This document shows, in pieces, positions 60,875 through 64,000 of a stretch of 64,000 bases of DNA (positions within the stretch are counted from its first letter, which is position 1; each line of letters begins with the position of its first letter). The notes beneath the pieces were generated by a model. That model searched no databases and had not been told where the DNA came from. It worked only from the letters and a program-made list of their open reading frames with translations. The position numbers and the translations under genes were made by a program. Source of the stretch: Hyphomonadaceae bacterium BRH_c29 (lineage in GTDB: Bacteria > Pseudomonadota > Alphaproteobacteria > Caulobacterales > Hyphomonadaceae); NCBI GenBank assembly GCA_000961695.1, contig LADW01000003.1, forward strand, positions 1,224-65,223. The letters run 5' to 3'.

Positions 60875-61276
60875 TCAGGCGCGGTCAGGGTCCGGTTCTG
60901 GGGGAATAATAGCCGATGGGTAGTGCAGATCGCCGAAGTAAAATTTCTCGGCTGTTAAAGGCCCCGGTGAACTGACGCCTGCGACTTCGAGACAAAGTGC
61001 AATGCCGTGAAGTTCTGCGCCGTGGTCTCCGGCATGCCCGTTAAATGATCCATACTCATCGCCGGAGTCGTGGTCCAATTGCGCTGCCGCAAAGTCATGA
61101 TCATGATGGTGAGAGTGCCCGGTGTCATGATCGGCAACATCAGCGATGGCCGCGTCAGCATGCGCCAGCGAATGCTTCGCCGGAACCAGCGAACCCCACA
61201 TCGAGAAGCCGATGCAAAACAGGACAATCCAAAATTTGCGCACATTACCGGATACCATGAGGGAGTTAAAAAGCAA
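60875..61276 (-). CDS. Small exported His/Asp-rich leader protein upstream of the second czcC
   Basis: Hydrophobic N-terminus, DHDTGHSHHHDHD, GHAGDH, C-terminal IIPPEPDPDRA; alternative start 61258. Confidence 0.72.
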   Translation of the reverse strand: MLFNSLMVSGNVRKFWIVLFCIGFSMWGSLVPAKHSLAHADAAIADVADHDTGHSHHHDHDFAAAQLDHDSGDEYGSFNGHAGDHGAELHGIALCLEVAGVSSPGPLTAEKFYFGDLHYPSAIIPPEPDPDRA

Positions 61277-61514
61277 ATAATGTAGAACGAGGCGCCGGTG
61301 CTCAAAATCAACAGGCCTCTGAAGGGCTCAGTCGCCAGCCATCATATAGTTCCCCGGAATTCTCATATTCCTTCCGATCAGCTGAAAACACACTAGTTTG
61401 CGGCTGAGGTTGGAACCGGAATTTCCTCGCGCTCCTGGTTGGAGCGTCCTTACGCCATGCTGTTTTCCCGGGGCAGCCCGGAAACAAGACGCCAAATGAA
61501 TTGTACGCAGCAGC

Positions 61515-61539
61515 GCGCTACAAGAGTGAACTGTAGTGC
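61515..61539 (-). terminator. Possible hairpin directly downstream of alpA
   Basis: GCGCTACA-N9-TGTAGTGC; no clear U tract. Confidence 0.3.
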
Positions 61540-61545
61540 CAAACA

Positions 61546-61839
61546 TCACGGACGCGCTGTAGCCAGAACCGCCCGCATATAGTCATCGACTTCTTGCTCT
61601 ACCCAGACGCTGCGACGACCGATGTGAAGGGGCGTCGGGAATGGCTGGACCGGATCCTTGATCAACTCGTAGAGGAGTGACCGGCTGATTGTCAGTCGGT
61701 CAAGTACATCGCGAAGTGAAAGAAACCGTATTCCGACCTGACGGTTCCTCACGTCGGGCCCAAGCGCGGACGTCTGCGGTCCTGCAGCGTCCAGTTCTGC
61801 GGCCATGCGAATAAACGCGCGTGGAGGAAACTGGCTCAT
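61546..61839 (-). CDS. AlpA-family regulator / recombination directionality factor
   Basis: RFLSLRDVLDRLTISRSLLYELI...FPTPLHIGRRSVWVEQEV. Confidence 0.88.
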   Translation of the reverse strand: MSQFPPRAFIRMAAELDAAGPQTSALGPDVRNRQVGIRFLSLRDVLDRLTISRSLLYELIKDPVQPFPTPLHIGRRSVWVEQEVDDYMRAVLATARP

Positions 61840-62147
61840 TTGGGTCGGTTCCAGACCATGACGCCGGTGCCTTCGGCTTCATTTTCGAAGAAGGCCGCGC
61901 GCATCGGCTTGGCAAAACTCGGGTCATCGAGTTTCACGGCGAGGTACGGCGTTTCACCATCCTTGGAGTCCTGGCGCCAGGCTGCGCCGAGTTCTGCGCC
62001 GCCGGCGTATAGCCGGAAGTCTGGCGTGTCCTTGCTCTTTCCCTTTTCCTTGTTGGGAACAAGCTGAGCTTTGACATTAATGGTCATGGTACGGATGGTC
62101 CCGGTCCAGGTTCCGTCCTTCAGGGTAAATGCGCCGATCTGTGCCAT
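61836..62147 (-). CDS. DUF736-domain protein (ICE-associated)
   Basis: MAQIGAFT...GTIRT...PDFRLYAGGAELGAAW...YLAVKLDDPSF. Confidence 0.88.
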   Translation of the reverse strand: MAQIGAFTLKDGTWTGTIRTMTINVKAQLVPNKEKGKSKDTPDFRLYAGGAELGAAWRQDSKDGETPYLAVKLDDPSFAKPMRAAFFENEAEGTGVMVWNRPK

Positions 62148-62150
62148 GGG

Positions 62151-62387
62151 TCAGTCTCCTTTGCTGGCAGTGGTGGGCAGGGCCTTCCGGGCCCGTCTGA
62201 ACCCGGCATCTGACGCCAGGAACATCTCGATCATGGCGGCGGCAAGCGTTTCGCTTCGCTCGGCTTCGCCATAAGTCTCTTGGTAGACCGCCGCATAGTC
62301 CTGCAGCGCGGCCGCAGTGTCGGGATCAAGTGCGAGGGTGAGTCTGACCGGCGTGCGATCAGCGAGTTTTCCGAGGCGGAGGTTCAT
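62151..62387 (-). CDS. DUF2274-domain protein (follows trbI)
   Basis: LRLGKLADRTPVRLTL...LQDYAAVY...FLASDAGF. Confidence 0.88.
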   Translation of the reverse strand: MNLRLGKLADRTPVRLTLALDPDTAAALQDYAAVYQETYGEAERSETLAAAMIEMFLASDAGFRRARKALPTTASKGD

Positions 62388-63628
62388 TGGGCTGTCTCCT
62401 GAAAGGGACGAAGGACGAGATCCTTGGTCACGATGACACGGACGGGCCAGCCGGGGCGGATGGTGATCGAAGGCTGGACGCTGAGACTGCGATCAACGGC
62501 CCGCTGGCCCACTTCGTTGATCGTGTCGGTTGTCCCTCGGCGGATGGCGCGCTCGATGTCGCCGTCGTCCCCGGGCCCGAGTTCAGCACCGATGCCGAGC
62601 AGGGTGGCGAGACCGGCCGCTGCGAACACCTTGTCCCAGTGGTGATCGGTCCGGTCTTTGAGGCCCGCATAGCCGGAGGCATCGCTGCCCGGTTCAGAGA
62701 TCGTGATCGAGCTGCCATCGGGCATCAGGATCCGGTCCCAGACGACGAGTGCGCGGTCCTGGCCGAACGAGACCTCCGACTGGTAGCGCCCGATCAGGCG
62801 GCTTCCTTGCGGGATCAGGAGGTGCTGGCCGCGCACGGTATCGTAGACGTTCTGCGTGACCTGCGCGATGACCGTGCCTGGAAGGTCCGAGTTGATACCC
62901 GTGATGAGGCTCGCGGGGATCAGGGAGCCTGCCATCAGCTGGTAAGGCGAAAGCGGGTCCTGCACGCGGTCCGGATTGTAGACCGGGCTGGAGGCCGGCT
63001 CACGGGCAAACGCGGCCTTGCGGGACTGGAGGTTCGGGTCGGGCTCGGCGCCTGATGTGGCGTTCGGGGATTGCCGCGTGAGAGCCAGGAGCTCTGACGA
63101 CAGGTCGAAGCCGGATTCCGGTGTGCGCTGCGCTGAAGTTGGCGGCGCACCGGTCCCGCTAAGGCGGAACAGGATTGGCGCGCGGGCAGCCTCTTCAGCC
63201 TGGGCGGCGGTTTCAAGCCGCGCGGTGCGGACAGCTTCGTCTTCCGGACGCGTGCGAAAATCCGTCCGATACTCGGTCTGGAATTCTGCTTCTATACCGT
63301 AGGCCTGTTCGGCCGCGAGAATGGTAGAGCCGAGATCACCGGCCAACGGCGCCCCTAGCACGGGCACATCTGTGAGCGCCGTATAATCCGCTGGCAACGC
63401 CGAGAATCCATCGGGCTTGCGCTTGCCGGCCGTGACCAACTCTTCCTGCTGGGCGGCCTTTGCGGGGCGCGGCGGCGCAAGTGCAATTGAGGTTGCCGCA
63501 AAGAGGCCTAGCGCGCCGAGGCCTGCACCGGCCATCAGCAGTTTGCGGTTGATCCGTGTGGCGGGTTTCGGCGCCGAGCGGATCTGCAGCTGCCGGGCAG
63601 CTTCCTTGAACGGGGGAGGCTCGGTCAT
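62384..63628 (-). CDS. trbI: TrbI/VirB10 conjugal transfer protein
   Basis: SPYQLMAGSLIPASLITGINSDLPG, IPQGSRLIGRY, PSITIRPGWPVRVIV. Confidence 0.95.
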   Translation of the reverse strand: MTEPPPFKEAARQLQIRSAPKPATRINRKLLMAGAGLGALGLFAATSIALAPPRPAKAAQQEELVTAGKRKPDGFSALPADYTALTDVPVLGAPLAGDLGSTILAAEQAYGIEAEFQTEYRTDFRTRPEDEAVRTARLETAAQAEEAARAPILFRLSGTGAPPTSAQRTPESGFDLSSELLALTRQSPNATSGAEPDPNLQSRKAAFAREPASSPVYNPDRVQDPLSPYQLMAGSLIPASLITGINSDLPGTVIAQVTQNVYDTVRGQHLLIPQGSRLIGRYQSEVSFGQDRALVVWDRILMPDGSSITISEPGSDASGYAGLKDRTDHHWDKVFAAAGLATLLGIGAELGPGDDGDIERAIRRGTTDTINEVGQRAVDRSLSVQPSITIRPGWPVRVIVTKDLVLRPFQETAQ

Positions 63629-63632
63629 CGGC

Positions 63633-64000
63633 TCAGCCCCCGAACCAACGCGACCTTTGCGCCGCGCTTACTTTCGAAATCCGCACGACTGTCTGGGGCC
63701 TTGTCCCGTGGCGCAGCTCGGCCGCGCCAAAGAGTCGGTCGGCAATGTAGTAGTTCCCGCGGACCCGGTAGTTGACGAGTTCAGCCTCTCCAGCAGCAGA
63801 CAGGACAAAGAGCGGCGGCATCTCGGAGGCGGAGATCGACGCCGGCATCTGGATGAACACCTGGCGCCCGTCATCGAACACGCGGACCGGTTTCCAGTAC
63901 GGCGTGTCGCCGGTTACGCGGTAGTCGAAGTTCAGGGTCTCGAGGCTCAGGCCGCGTTCGATCGAGACGGCGTCCTCTGCAGCGGCGATCGTGTTGCGGG
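63633..64000 (-). CDS. trbG: TrbG/VirB9 conjugal transfer protein (C-terminal part)
   Basis: LNFDYRVTGDTPYWKPVRVFDDGRQVFIQMP...ELVNYRVRGNYYIADRLF; start outside the window. Confidence 0.92.
   Translation of the reverse strand, partial: RNTIAAAEDAVSIERGLSLETLNFDYRVTGDTPYWKPVRVFDDGRQVFIQMPASISASEMPPLFVLSAAGEAELVNYRVRGNYYIADRLFGAAELRHGTRPQTVVRISKVSAAQRSRWFGG

Overview
GC-rich alphaproteobacterial DNA; the gene content suggests Hyphomonadaceae/Caulobacterales (inference). 1-5145 looks like core chromosome: an enoyl-CoA hydratase, two acyl-CoA dehydrogenases, and a LysR divergent from a hypothetical + GNAT pair. An orphan NDT/TIR-like gene follows. At 5941-5961 a 21-bp copy of a tRNA 3' end (probably tRNA-Phe) marks the end of an integrated element that runs past 64000 into a trb type IV secretion region, so it is probably an ICE. 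No integrase is in the window. Inside the att end are four co-directional defence-type genes: a 1480-aa STAND/NACHT NTPase with a C-terminal PD-(D/E)XK nuclease, hipBA, and a DUF4365-like nuclease gene split by one in-frame TGA. About 47 kb of metal-resistance cargo follows: cusCBAF, a CopA ATPase, copABCD, csoR with matching operators, czcCBA + P1B-4 ATPase, a PepSY/two-component/RND/MFS module, and a second czc-type CBA with nreB and hupE. The most striking pattern is that each of four metal operons is led by a small exported Cys/His-rich ORF with a Pro-rich C-terminus and a downstream RNA stem-loop. This resembles the CutF/CruR ribosome-stalling metal sensors, here apparently extended to Zn/Cd- and Ni/Co-type pumps. 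All family calls come from motif recognition by eye; no searches were run.
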